Assembly: GCA_049602435.1 (NCBI GenBank)
Contig: JBMYRO010000006.1
Location: forward strand, 268 to 64,267
Direction of reading: 5' to 3'
Length of the DNA stretch: 64,000 nt
Origin: Hyphomicrobiales bacterium
GTDB taxonomy: Bacteria; Pseudomonadota; Alphaproteobacteria; Rhizobiales; TMED25
Shown: in pieces, positions 19,951 through 29,451 of the stretch
Numbering within the stretch: position 1 is the first letter of the stretch
How the letters are laid out: each line of letters begins with the position of its first letter
The notes under the pieces: generated by a model
The model's input: the letters and a program-made list of their open reading frames with translations, nothing else
The model's database searches: none
What the model was told of the DNA's origin: nothing
Made by a program: the position numbers and the translations under genes

Positions 19951-21075
19951 TTAATGCCACAAGTCTCTTAATTTTTTAAAGAAACCATCACTAACAGGGT
20001 GGTTTTTTTCATTTGATATATTTTGAAATTCTTCAAGCAACTGTTTTTGTTTTTTGCTAAGATTTACTGGGGTTTCAACGGATATCTGTAAATGTAGGTC
20101 GCCAAAATTCTTTTGTCTCAGGATTGGCATACCCTTTCCACGTAGTCTGAGATGTTTATTATTTTGAGACCCTTCTGGTATACTTACACTTAGTTTAGAA
20201 CCATCTATCGTAGGTATATCAATTTGTCCACCGAGGGCAGCTGTAGCCATTGACACAGGAACATTACAGTATAAATCAGAACCATCTCTTTGGAAAAACT
20301 TATGTGGTTTTATTGAGACAAAAATATATAAATCTCCAGTTCTCCCACCTCTTAATCCGGCTTCTCCTTGTCCACTTAGCCTTATTCTATTTCCATCTTC
20401 AACTCCTGCAGGGATATTAATACTCAGTTTTTTAGGTTTTTTTATCCTTCCCTGGCCTCCACAGGATTTACATGGATTAACAACTATTTGACCGCTACCA
20501 TTACATGATGTGCAACTTCTCTCAATCATGAAAAAACCTTGGCTTGCTCTTGTTTTTCCGGACCCTTGGCAATTTGGACAAACGATAGGCGCCTCTCCAT
20601 TTTCTCCACCATTCCCTTTACAACCGGAACATTCAGTATTCATTGGGACATTTATTGTATCTGATTTACCTCTGTAGGCTTCTTCGAGTGTAATCTCTAA
20701 ATTATATCTTAAGTCTGAACCTCTATTGGATGTTTCTCTTGACCTTGTTGAATTTGAAAAATCACCAAAGAAATCATTAAAAATATCTGAAAATGCTGAT
20801 GAAAAATTACCATCGAATCCGCCAGAGTGGTTGCCTCTTCCACCGCCTCCATCAAATGCTGCATGACCATATCTATCGTATGCTGCTCTAGATTCAGGAT
20901 TCTTAAGTCTTTCATATGCTTCAGAAATTTCTTTGAACTTTGCTTCAGCTTCTGGCTTGCCAGCGTTATGATCTGGGTGATATTCTTTTGCTAACTTCCT
21001 AAATGCACTTTTTAGGGTTTTTTCATCACAGCTTTTATCAACACCTAATATTTCATAGTAATCTTTTTTTGCCAT
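19951..21075 (-). CDS. dnaJ: molecular chaperone DnaJ
   Basis: 374 aa. J domain with HPD, a G/F-rich linker, and four CxxCxGxG zinc-finger repeats. Confidence 0.97.
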   Translation of the reverse strand: MAKKDYYEILGVDKSCDEKTLKSAFRKLAKEYHPDHNAGKPEAEAKFKEISEAYERLKNPESRAAYDRYGHAAFDGGGGRGNHSGGFDGNFSSAFSDIFNDFFGDFSNSTRSRETSNRGSDLRYNLEITLEEAYRGKSDTINVPMNTECSGCKGNGGENGEAPIVCPNCQGSGKTRASQGFFMIERSCTSCNGSGQIVVNPCKSCGGQGRIKKPKKLSINIPAGVEDGNRIRLSGQGEAGLRGGRTGDLYIFVSIKPHKFFQRDGSDLYCNVPVSMATAALGGQIDIPTIDGSKLSVSIPEGSQNNKHLRLRGKGMPILRQKNFGDLHLQISVETPVNLSKKQKQLLEEFQNISNEKNHPVSDGFFKKLRDLWH

Positions 21076-21105
21076 ATTAGTGTGTCTCCAAAAATAAAGG
21101 GTTTT

Positions 21106-23007
21106 CTAAGAGTTTTTCTCTTCATCAACCTCTTCGTAGTCAGCATCAACAATTGTACCATCGTCACTATCTGATTGATTTGGGTCATTTTCACCCTCAC
21201 TTTGTTGTGCTTTATATATAGCTTCACCTAATTTCATTGCTTCTTGCGTTAAGACCTCAAGATCTTTGGCAATTTTTGATGTATCATCGCTTTCAATAGA
21301 CGCTTTTAGTTGTTCAATTGCTTCTTCAATTGATTTTTTATCATCATCACTAACCTTATCACCGTTTTCTTTAAGACTTTTCTCTGTTCCATGAATTAAT
21401 GACTCCGCTTGATTTTTTGTTTCAATTAATTCTTTTTTCGCCTTATCTTCTTCCGCATGAGCTTCAGCGTCTTTTACCATCTTTTCAATATCTTCATCAG
21501 ATAATCCACCTGACGCTTGGATCTTTATGGATTGTTCTTTATTTGTAGCTTTGTCTACAGCTTTAACATTTACAATACCATTTGCGTCAATATCAAAAGT
21601 AACTTCTATTTGAGGAATCCCTCTTGGTGCAGGAGTAATGCCAATAAGATCAAAATTACCTAAAAGTTTATTATCTGCGGCCATTTCTCTTTCCCCTTGG
21701 AAAACTCTAATTGTTACAGCCGATTGATTATCTTCAGCAGTTGAGAAAGTCTGGCTTTTTTTTGTAGGGATTGTTGTATTTCTATCAATTAATCTTGTAA
21801 AAACACCACCTAAAGTTTCTATACCAAGGGATAATGGTGTAACATCGAGCAGTAAGACATCTTTTACATCGCCTTGAAGAACACCTGCTTGTATTGCAGC
21901 ACCAATGGCAACAACTTCGTCTGGATTTACACCTCTATGAGGTTCTTTGCCAAAGAAATTTTGGACTTTCTCAAGAACCTTTGGCATACGTGACATACCA
22001 CCAACCATCACTACTTCATCTATCTCACCAGCTTTTAGTCCTGCATCTTTTAATGCTTTTTCACAAGGAGTAATTGTTTTATCAATAAGATCTGCAACAA
22101 GGGTCTCAAATTTTGCTCTTGTTAGTTTTATATTTAGATGTTTCGGTCCTGATTGATCCGCGGTTATGAACGGAAGATTTATTTCAGTTTGGGTTGTTGA
22201 GGATAGTTCAATTTTTGCTTTTTCAGCAGCCTCTTTTAATCTTTGCAAAGCTAGTTTATCCTTCAATAAATCAACACCCTGATCTTTTTTAAATTCATCA
22301 GCGAGGTAATTAACAAGTCTTGTATCAAAATCTTCACCGCCGAGGAATGTATCTCCATTTGTTGATTTAACTTCAAATACACCATCTCCTATTTCTAATA
22401 TAGAAATATCAAAAGTACCACCGCCCAGATCATAAACTGCAATTGTCTGACCATCTTTTCTATCTAACCCATATGCTAGTGCTGCAGCAGTTGGTTCATT
22501 TATTATTCTTAGAACCTCTAAGCCAGCAATTTTTCCTGCATCTTTTGTGGCTTGTCTTTGAGCGTCGTTAAAGTAAGCTGGAACTGTGATTACTGCTTGT
22601 GTTACATTTTCGCCGAGATAACTTTCAGCGGTTTCTTTCATTTTTTGGAGTATGAAAGCTGAAATTTGTGAAGGGGAATATTTTTCAGATCTAGCTTCTA
22701 CCCAAGCATCCCCATTTTCTGCTTTAACGATGTTAAATGGAACAAGATCTTTATCTTTTTTTACCATGGGATCATCAAATCTACGTCCCATTAATCTTTT
22801 TACAGCAAATAGAGTGTTTTCAGGATTGGTTACTGCTTGTCGTTTTGCAGGTAGCCCTGTGATCCTCTCTGAGTCTTCACCAAAAGCAACCATTGAGGGT
22901 GTTGTTCTTACACCTTCTGAATTTTCTATTACTTTAGGATCCTTTCCATCCATTACAGCAACACATGAATTCGTTGTTCCTAAATCAATGCCTATAATTT
23001 TAGCCAT
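21106..23007 (-). CDS. dnaK: molecular chaperone DnaK (Hsp70)
   Basis: 633 aa. [35 protein letters not shown] about 7 nt upstream. Confidence 0.99.
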   Translation of the reverse strand: MAKIIGIDLGTTNSCVAVMDGKDPKVIENSEGVRTTPSMVAFGEDSERITGLPAKRQAVTNPENTLFAVKRLMGRRFDDPMVKKDKDLVPFNIVKAENGDAWVEARSEKYSPSQISAFILQKMKETAESYLGENVTQAVITVPAYFNDAQRQATKDAGKIAGLEVLRIINEPTAAALAYGLDRKDGQTIAVYDLGGGTFDISILEIGDGVFEVKSTNGDTFLGGEDFDTRLVNYLADEFKKDQGVDLLKDKLALQRLKEAAEKAKIELSSTTQTEINLPFITADQSGPKHLNIKLTRAKFETLVADLIDKTITPCEKALKDAGLKAGEIDEVVMVGGMSRMPKVLEKVQNFFGKEPHRGVNPDEVVAIGAAIQAGVLQGDVKDVLLLDVTPLSLGIETLGGVFTRLIDRNTTIPTKKSQTFSTAEDNQSAVTIRVFQGEREMAADNKLLGNFDLIGITPAPRGIPQIEVTFDIDANGIVNVKAVDKATNKEQSIKIQASGGLSDEDIEKMVKDAEAHAEEDKAKKELIETKNQAESLIHGTEKSLKENGDKVSDDDKKSIEEAIEQLKASIESDDTSKIAKDLEVLTQEAMKLGEAIYKAQQSEGENDPNQSDSDDGTIVDADYEEVDEEKNS

Positions 23008-23057
23008 TTTCTACTCCTTATTTAGCAATGTACTATAAAAAATCCCTTATATCTGAT

Positions 23058-23085
23058 ATATAGGGCTAAAATTTATTCCTACAAG
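23058..23085 (-). promoter_or_regulatory. sigma-32 (RpoH)-type heat-shock promoter of dnaKJ
   Basis: Minus strand reads CTTG-17 nt-CCTATAT, matching the alphaproteobacterial RpoH consensus CTTG-N17-18-CYTATNT. The -10 lies about 50 nt upstream of the dnaK ATG. Confidence 0.55.
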
Positions 23086-23126
23086 ATAATAGGTTGTTTT
23101 TTTTGAAATATTTTTTGTAATATCTA

Positions 23127-24275
23127 TCAAACGCGCATTGGCATTAGCACATAAAGCGTTGCTTCATCAGATGGATCCAGAACAAGACAAGGAGAATTAG
23201 GCTCGGAGAAATTAAGTTTTACACTTTCTCCCCCTAGTTGCGACAATATATCCATTAAATATTTTGAATTAAATCCAATTTCAAAAGGTTCTCCTTTGAA
23301 GTCTACACTAATTTCTTCTATTGCCGTACCTGCTTCTGGACTGGTTACAGACAATATTAGATTATTATCCGATAGAGCTAATTTCACTGCCCTACCTCTT
23401 TCGCTAGATAGTGTGGCTACCCTATCAACCGCTTTTGTTAAAATATCCGTATTAACTGTCATTATTTTTTCATTGTTATACGGAATTACACGTTGGTAAT
23501 CAGGGAATTTTCCATCAATTACTTTTGACGTTAACTCCACATTACTGAAGATAAGTTTTACTTTATTCTCAGAAACTTTAATTTCGACATCACCTTCATT
23601 TTCTTGGGTTAGTTTTTGAATTTCAAAGATTGTTTTTCTCGGAATAATAATACCATTCATTCCTGATGCACCTTCTGGTAATGTTAATTCCGCTTGGGCA
23701 AGCCTGTGTCCATCGGTTGACACTGTTCTTAGTGTTGGTAGTCCTTTGTTATCATGTTCTGAATTTGATTCATGGAAAAATATTCCATTTAGATAATAGC
23801 GAGTTTCTTCATTGGATATTGCAAATCTTGTTTTCTCAATTAGCCTATTGAGTTCAGAACTAACTAACTTGAATGAATGCGTGTATTCATCATTTGATAT
23901 TTCGGGGAAGTCAGCACGCGGTAAAGTTTGTAATTTAAAGTTTGATTTTCCTGATTTAACTGTTAAGTGGTCCTGGTTATCATCCTTGGAAATTACTATT
24001 TCAGCCCCCTCAGGTAATTTTCTTGTAATTTCATATAATAAGTGAGCAGGAGCTGTAAGGCTTCCACCATTGTCAATTTTGGCTTCAACTTCTTCTATTA
24101 GCTCAATATCAAGATCTGTTGCAATTAATTTTAAGCCCAATCCTTCTGCAACTATTAGTATATTTGCTAAAATAGGTATCGTATTCCTACGTTCTACAAC
24201 GTTTTGAACGTGATTGAGTGCACGAAGCAGATTATTTTTCTGAAGTGTAACTTCCATAATTTCCGTATTTATCAA
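23127..24275 (-). CDS. dnaN: DNA polymerase III beta sliding clamp
   Basis: 382 aa. Three-domain length, RNTIPIL, C-terminal MPMRV. Directly downstream of dnaA. Confidence 0.95.
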   Translation of the reverse strand: MINTEIMEVTLQKNNLLRALNHVQNVVERRNTIPILANILIVAEGLGLKLIATDLDIELIEEVEAKIDNGGSLTAPAHLLYEITRKLPEGAEIVISKDDNQDHLTVKSGKSNFKLQTLPRADFPEISNDEYTHSFKLVSSELNRLIEKTRFAISNEETRYYLNGIFFHESNSEHDNKGLPTLRTVSTDGHRLAQAELTLPEGASGMNGIIIPRKTIFEIQKLTQENEGDVEIKVSENKVKLIFSNVELTSKVIDGKFPDYQRVIPYNNEKIMTVNTDILTKAVDRVATLSSERGRAVKLALSDNNLILSVTSPEAGTAIEEISVDFKGEPFEIGFNSKYLMDILSQLGGESVKLNFSEPNSPCLVLDPSDEATLYVLMPMRV

Positions 24276-24350
24276 TTAATACATTTATAGAATATTTAAT
24301 TATTATAATTTTTACTAATAATTATTGAAATAATTGACAGAAAAAAATTA

Positions 24351-25781
24351 TTATTCTTTTAGGGAATTTTCTAATGTAGTGATTGATTCTTTTATACTTG
24401 GATTAGTTTCAATTAGCTTTTCGATTTTGCGAACAGCATGAAGAACCGTTGTATGGTCTCTACCACCAAATTTTCTACCTATTTCCGGGAGTGATCTAGT
24501 GGTTAGAACTTTTGCTAGATACATTCCAATTTGTCTTGGATATACAATAGTTTTATGTCTTCTAGAAGATAAGATATCTTGTTTAGTAACATTAAAATGA
24601 CCACTAATTGTTCTAAGAACATCTTCGATCATTATTTGTCTATTTTGTTCTTCACTAATTAAATCTTGAATTGATAATGCAGCTTCTTCTACTGTAATAG
24701 GTCTTTTGTTTAAACTATGTGCTGCAATAATTCTGTTCATTGCCCCCTCTAATTCTCGACCAGAGCTTTGAATTCTTCTTGCAAGAAAATCTAAAACTGA
24801 TGGAGAAATTTCTATTCTTGTGTTCCCCCTCAGCGTTTGTGCCAGTTTCTTTTCTAATATACCTCTTCTAATGTCAAAATCTGTAGGCCCAATTTGAGCT
24901 ACAAGACCCCCTGATAATCTGGATTTCATTCTATCGTCAAGCATTTCTAATTTTGATGGAGCTGAGTCACCTGCAATAACAATTTGATGCTTTGATGTAT
25001 CTAAGGCATTAAATATGTGGCAAAATTCCTGTTGAACTGACTTTCCTTGCAGGAACTGCATATCATCGATTAGCAATAAGTCAACATCAGAGAATATTTT
25101 TTTAAAACTTATAGTATCTTTTGATTTTACAGCTTCAACAAATGAGCTCATAAATCTCACAGCAGATAAAAATAATATTTTTCTTTCAGGGTGTCTTGCT
25201 TTTGACTCCCATGCAATTGCATTTAAAAGATGTGTTTTTCCGGTTCCAACTGGTCCGTGAATATATAGAGGATTAAACTCTACAGGTATATTTTTCTGGG
25301 GCTGTGAAACTCTCATCGCGGCAGCTTGTGCTAAAGCGTTTGATCTTCCGACCACGAAGTTGCCGAAGGTATATCGTTTGTCCAAAGGGGTACTGTTACT
25401 AGTCAGGGTTGGATTTTCATTGTTATCGTATAAACTTGAAGTTGAAGAATTTTCATGTGAAGTTTCTTCATTTGTAAGATCTTGATTATTACTTGATTTT
25501 TCTCCATGAGTTCTTACCCTGAGTTCAATTTGTCTAATATCAGCTATCTCTTTTTTCCATAGTGATAAAATTTTATCATTGTAACGAGATCTTATCCAAC
25601 TTTTGAGGAATAATGTTGGAACTGTAAGGGTTAGAATTCCATTTTCTAGGCTCTGGGGTTCTAACCTAGTAAACCAGCTGTTGTAGAGGTCTTCACCTAG
25701 TTGAGCACGCAATATTTTACTGACTTTTTGCCAGCTATCATGGATGTTTTGTTTTTTAGTATTGGTTACAGCTGAATCCAT
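24351..25781 (-). CDS. dnaA: chromosomal replication initiator protein DnaA
   Basis: 476 aa. Walker A GPVGTGKTHLL, Walker B LLIDDMQFL, domain IV signature GGRDHTTVLHA. The ATG lies inside the last codons of the upstream rhodanese ORF. Confidence 0.97.
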   Translation of the reverse strand: MDSAVTNTKKQNIHDSWQKVSKILRAQLGEDLYNSWFTRLEPQSLENGILTLTVPTLFLKSWIRSRYNDKILSLWKKEIADIRQIELRVRTHGEKSSNNQDLTNEETSHENSSTSSLYDNNENPTLTSNSTPLDKRYTFGNFVVGRSNALAQAAAMRVSQPQKNIPVEFNPLYIHGPVGTGKTHLLNAIAWESKARHPERKILFLSAVRFMSSFVEAVKSKDTISFKKIFSDVDLLLIDDMQFLQGKSVQQEFCHIFNALDTSKHQIVIAGDSAPSKLEMLDDRMKSRLSGGLVAQIGPTDFDIRRGILEKKLAQTLRGNTRIEISPSVLDFLARRIQSSGRELEGAMNRIIAAHSLNKRPITVEEAALSIQDLISEEQNRQIMIEDVLRTISGHFNVTKQDILSSRRHKTIVYPRQIGMYLAKVLTTRSLPEIGRKFGGRDHTTVLHAVRKIEKLIETNPSIKESITTLENSLKE

Positions 25782-26221
25782 GGTAACCCTTCAAATTTCC
25801 AACCGTTTTTATTTGCACGATGATGGTTTTCATTTGGGTCCCCCTCAAATCCATAAGCAATATTAAAACACCTATTCCAGCCATTTGAGGTCATTATTGT
25901 TGCTGCTTTTGCGCTTCGCGCACCGGAGCGACATAAAAAAAGTATAGGTGTATCCTTGCTCAAATTCATCTCATTGAGATTACTTTCAAGTATATCAACA
26001 AAATCATCATTTATAGTTCCACCAGGGAAAAATTGTTGTTCTACATTTAGAGCGGATTTATTAATCGTAGAGAGATCTGGGAAGCCAACGAAATTTAATT
26101 CTGCTTTGGTTCTTACATCAACTAATACTGCTTGTTCATCATTTGAGAGCACGTCCCAAGCTGTTTTAGGGTTAATATCGCCTGCATATTGTGTATCAGT
26201 GTCTAGTATTTCAATTTGCAT
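25766..26221 (-). CDS. single-domain rhodanese-like sulfurtransferase
   Basis: 151 aa. Active-site loop FLCRSGARS. 16-nt overlap with dnaA (CCATGGATTCAGCTGTAA). Confidence 0.8.
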   Translation of the reverse strand: MQIEILDTDTQYAGDINPKTAWDVLSNDEQAVLVDVRTKAELNFVGFPDLSTINKSALNVEQQFFPGGTINDDFVDILESNLNEMNLSKDTPILFLCRSGARSAKAATIMTSNGWNRCFNIAYGFEGDPNENHHRANKNGWKFEGLPWIQL

Positions 26222-26329
26222 TTGATTTAATCCCTTTAACGATTTTAGGCTTTTTATTAAAAGACAAAAATTCTAAATTACTGAATTACTATAGGGAAAT
26301 TAGGATTCTTTTAAAAGGCAATTTTTTAA

Positions 26330-26347
26330 TATTCAGTATACTGAATA
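26330..26347. repeat. 18-bp perfect palindrome TATTCAGTATACTGAATA (function unknown; candidate operator)
   Basis: Read directly. Its proximal edge lies 108 nt upstream of the rhodanese ATG. An extra half-site TACTGAAT sits at 26279-26286. Confidence 0.9.
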
Positions 26348-26685
26348 ATAAAAAGTTAATAAAAAAACTTGTAAGCAAATATCTATTTATACCGACAACT
26401 AACTGTAGAATAATAATAAATTTATGTTCATTAATTTTAATGTATTCGTATATGACTCAGAAAAATATTTGTATTTTTTTTAAGATTAGACTAGTCGAAT
26501 TACTAGTGGTGACTAAGGACTTTTAACACATTTCATATAACTCATTGAATTTATGTATTTTTTTTGTGTAAAAAATTTATATGTAATAAATTTGTAGTAT
26601 GTAGAAATATTACAGACAAAAAATAATGTTGTGATTACTCTCAACCATTAATTTTTTAGGTTTTATATAACTATATTTGAATAAA

Positions 26686-26946
26686 TTATGCGTTTATAAG
26701 TTTTTTGTTTAGACGGGAGATTTTACGAGATGCCATCTTTTTATTAAAGGCGCCTTTTTGAGCACCTCTCATTAATTGTCTTTCTGCTGCAACCAATGCA
26801 ATCTTTGCATTATCCTTATCGCCAGATTCAATTAATGCTTCCGCTTTTTTAACAGACGTTCTAACCATACTTCTACGCATTCTATTTATTAGAGTACGTC
26901 GTTCGATTTTTCGTACCATTTTTTTTGCAGATTTTGTATTTGCCAT
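26686..26946 (-). CDS. rpsT: 30S ribosomal protein S20
   Basis: 86 aa, very basic. N-terminus MANTKSAKK. Confidence 0.95.
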   Translation of the reverse strand: MANTKSAKKMVRKIERRTLINRMRRSMVRTSVKKAEALIESGDKDNAKIALVAAERQLMRGAQKGAFNKKMASRKISRLNKKLINA

Positions 26947-27018
26947 TTATTATTTTCCTGTTCAATAACAATGAATATATAGAGTATATAGAGATACAAT
27001 GGTACTCAGTCAACTCAA

Positions 27019-27774
27019 TTATTTATTAATTTTAAAATTAGGTTTTCTTTTTTCTAAGAAAGCACTTAAACCTTCTTTACCATCTTCTGAGCTAAGTAAC
27101 TTATAAAAAAGTTTCTTTTCATAACTTAGACCTTCCTCAATACTTACCCAAATACTTTTTTTGATTAACTCCTTCGTTGCAATTATGGAATCTAAAGGTT
27201 TCTGTGAGATTTCTTGAGCAATTTGTTTAGTCAATTCCATTAAATTATCTGAATTAGTAATTCTATTTACAAGACCAAGTTCTTTTGCCTCTTGTGCCGT
27301 GAAAGTTCTCCCCGTTAGGCAAATTTCCATTGCATTATTCTTTCCAATGATTTTAGGCAATCTCTGCGTTGCCCCACCTCCACATATGATACCTAAATTG
27401 ATTTCAGGCTGTGAAAATTTTGCATCTTCACTTGATATTATAATGTCACACATCATTAATATCTCACAGCCACCTCCAGATGCAACACCTTGTACTGCTG
27501 CTACTATAGGTTTTTTTATTTTTTCAATATTTTCCCAAATTTCTGGAAATTTTGGGTTGCTAGCTAGTTCCTTAATATCAGCTCCAGCAGAAAAATTTTC
27601 CTCTCCCGTTAATATAATACATTTTATTTTAGGATTATTATCTGCTTGCTGTAAAACAAAGACTAACTCATCTGATAATTCTTTATTTAATGCATTGTAT
27701 TGCTTAGATCTATTTAGCTGAATTAACTGTATATTATTGCTTATATTACTTACTTTTATATTTTGAATATTCAT
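27019..27774 (-). CDS. enoyl-CoA hydratase/isomerase (crotonase family)
   Basis: 251 aa. FSAGADI, and AAVQGVASGGGCEILMMCDI oxyanion-hole region. Confidence 0.85.
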   Translation of the reverse strand: MNIQNIKVSNISNNIQLIQLNRSKQYNALNKELSDELVFVLQQADNNPKIKCIILTGEENFSAGADIKELASNPKFPEIWENIEKIKKPIVAAVQGVASGGGCEILMMCDIIISSEDAKFSQPEINLGIICGGGATQRLPKIIGKNNAMEICLTGRTFTAQEAKELGLVNRITNSDNLMELTKQIAQEISQKPLDSIIATKELIKKSIWVSIEEGLSYEKKLFYKLLSSEDGKEGLSAFLEKRKPNFKINK

Positions 27775-27780
27775 TACGTT

Positions 27781-28629
27781 TCACTTTTGGCAAGATTTGC
27801 AATAAAAAGTGGATCTGCCCGACTGATTAATTCTTGAAATTAAAGAATTACAATTCACTCTTTTGCATTTCATTTTTTCTCTATTATATACATTAAATTT
27901 ATATTGAAAATAGCCGCTTTCCCCCTTAATATTTTTATGATTTTTAATTGTAGAGCCGCCAACTTTAATTGCATCATCTAAAATGTATTTAATTGCTGAA
28001 ATTAGCTTGGTAATTTTCTTTTCATCTTCAGCTAGATTTTTTGAAATTGTTAGCGGTGATATTCTTGCCTTATATAGTGCTTCTGAAGCATAAATATTTC
28101 CAATACCAGCAACAATACTCTGATTTAGTAAAGAGGTTTTTATATTCCCTGTTCTCGTTGTTAATTTATTGATTAGATATTTTGTATTAAATTTATTACT
28201 CAATGCATCAATACCAAGATTATTTTTTAGATTTTCTAAAACCAAGTTGTCCGGGGATATTATTTTAAAGAAACCAAATTTTCTGATGTCATGATAGTTT
28301 ATGATAACATCATTTGTCATAAAAAATCTTAAATGGATATGCTTATCCTCATTGTTGATTAAAGAATTGATTTTTTGAGATGAACTTAGAAAGTTTCCTG
28401 TCATGCCTAGGTGAACTAAAATCTTAAATTCATTGCTTAGGTAAATTATAATATACTTTGCAATACGTTCAATTTTAACTACTTTTGAATTTTTAATAGT
28501 TTCGTCAAAATTATGTGGTATTTTATATCTTAGTTTGCTTGTATTTACTTCAATTGAAATAAACTTATTACCGATCATATATTCGGATAAGTTATTCTTA
28601 ATAATCTCAACTTCAGGTAATTCAGGCAT
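27781..28629 (-). CDS. mutM: formamidopyrimidine-DNA glycosylase
   Basis: 282 aa. N-terminus MPELPEVE, C-terminal zinc finger CKRVNC...YCKSCQK. Confidence 0.93.
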   Translation of the reverse strand: MPELPEVEIIKNNLSEYMIGNKFISIEVNTSKLRYKIPHNFDETIKNSKVVKIERIAKYIIIYLSNEFKILVHLGMTGNFLSSSQKINSLINNEDKHIHLRFFMTNDVIINYHDIRKFGFFKIISPDNLVLENLKNNLGIDALSNKFNTKYLINKLTTRTGNIKTSLLNQSIVAGIGNIYASEALYKARISPLTISKNLAEDEKKITKLISAIKYILDDAIKVGGSTIKNHKNIKGESGYFQYKFNVYNREKMKCKRVNCNSLISRINQSGRSTFYCKSCQK

Positions 28630-28679
28630 ATTTAAATTTAATTATAGAAACTAATATAGAAAAAATTGAAAAATAAATA

Positions 28680-29441
28680 ATGTCAAACAATAAAAAATAC
28701 TTTTTTGGTAATTTAGAGGTTTCTAAAGAAAAAAAAATCGATAGTGTAAAGGGTGTATTTGACTCAGTCGCAGAAAAGTACGATATCATGAATGATGTTT
28801 TATCAATTGGAACTCACAGAATATGGAAGGATATATTAGTAAATTCTATACTAGGACTTAAAAGCAGCAGACGTAGTTTTTCTCACTTAGATTTAGCCTC
28901 CGGAACAGGCGATATTGGCTACAAACTACTAGATAAAAAAAGCGATAACACATTTATCTTTATGATGGATATAAATGAAAATATGTTAGGCCAAGCTATG
29001 AACAGGAGAGAATATTCTAAACATAGAGATAGCATTCAGTTTGTAGTCTCTGACGCAGAAAAAATACCCTTAGAAGATAATTCTATAGATACAGTAAGTA
29101 TCGCATTTGGGATAAGAAATGTCGCTTCAATTGAAAATGCTTTATCTGAGATATATAGGGTACTAAAACATGGTGGGAAATTTTTTTGTCTTGAATTTTC
29201 AAAAGTTGAGATACCCATGATCGATAATCTCTATGAGTTTTATTCAAAAAATATTATACCTGAAATTGGATATATTGTTACAAAAGACAGAGACTCGTAT
29301 CAATATTTGGTAGAAAGCATAAATAGATTTCCTCGACAGGAGGAATTTATTGATATTATAAGACAAGCAGGATTTACGAGACCAAAATTTACAAATTTGT
29401 CTGGTGGAATTGCTGCCATTCACTCCGGTTGGAAAATATAA
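28680..29441 (+). CDS. ubiE: ubiquinone/menaquinone biosynthesis C-methyltransferase UbiE
   Basis: 253 aa. SAM motif LDLASGTGD, FGIRNV, and NLSGGIAAIHSGWK at the C-terminus. Confidence 0.92.
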   Translation: MSNNKKYFFGNLEVSKEKKIDSVKGVFDSVAEKYDIMNDVLSIGTHRIWKDILVNSILGLKSSRRSFSHLDLASGTGDIGYKLLDKKSDNTFIFMMDINENMLGQAMNRREYSKHRDSIQFVVSDAEKIPLEDNSIDTVSIAFGIRNVASIENALSEIYRVLKHGGKFFCLEFSKVEIPMIDNLYEFYSKNIIPEIGYIVTKDRDSYQYLVESINRFPRQEEFIDIIRQAGFTRPKFTNLSGGIAAIHSGWKI

Positions 29442-29451
29442 AGTTGTAAAA

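Noticed and set aside
22652-23038. 128-aa ORF antisense to the 5' end of dnaK, extending into the dnaK promoter region.
   Set aside because: Long antisense frames in hsp70 genes are a known codon-usage artefact. There is no RBS or recognisable domain, and it would run through the dnaK RBS and promoter.
26330-26347. The palindrome as a LexA SOS box or an ArgR ARG box.
   Set aside because: The E. coli-type box is CTGT-N8-ACAG and the alphaproteobacterial LexA site is a GTTC-N7-GTTC direct repeat; neither is present. The ARG box is TGAAT-N4-ATTCA, whereas here the arms are in the opposite order (ATTCA-N6-TGAAT).
26191-26526. 111-aa plus-strand ORF covering much of the rpsT-dnaA spacer.
   Set aside because: It overlaps the rhodanese start head-on and has an I/L/K/N-rich composition that mirrors AT-rich non-coding DNA. 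It has no RBS or domain signature. I treat the region as non-coding.
26222-26685. A dnaA-adjacent oriC, the usual bacterial location.
   Set aside because: No DnaA-box match better than 7/9 on either strand and only two GANTC sites, about the chance expectation. The hemE-adjacent spacer has a perfect box and the canonical alphaproteobacterial origin context. The gap is kept as an unexplained spacer rather than an origin call.
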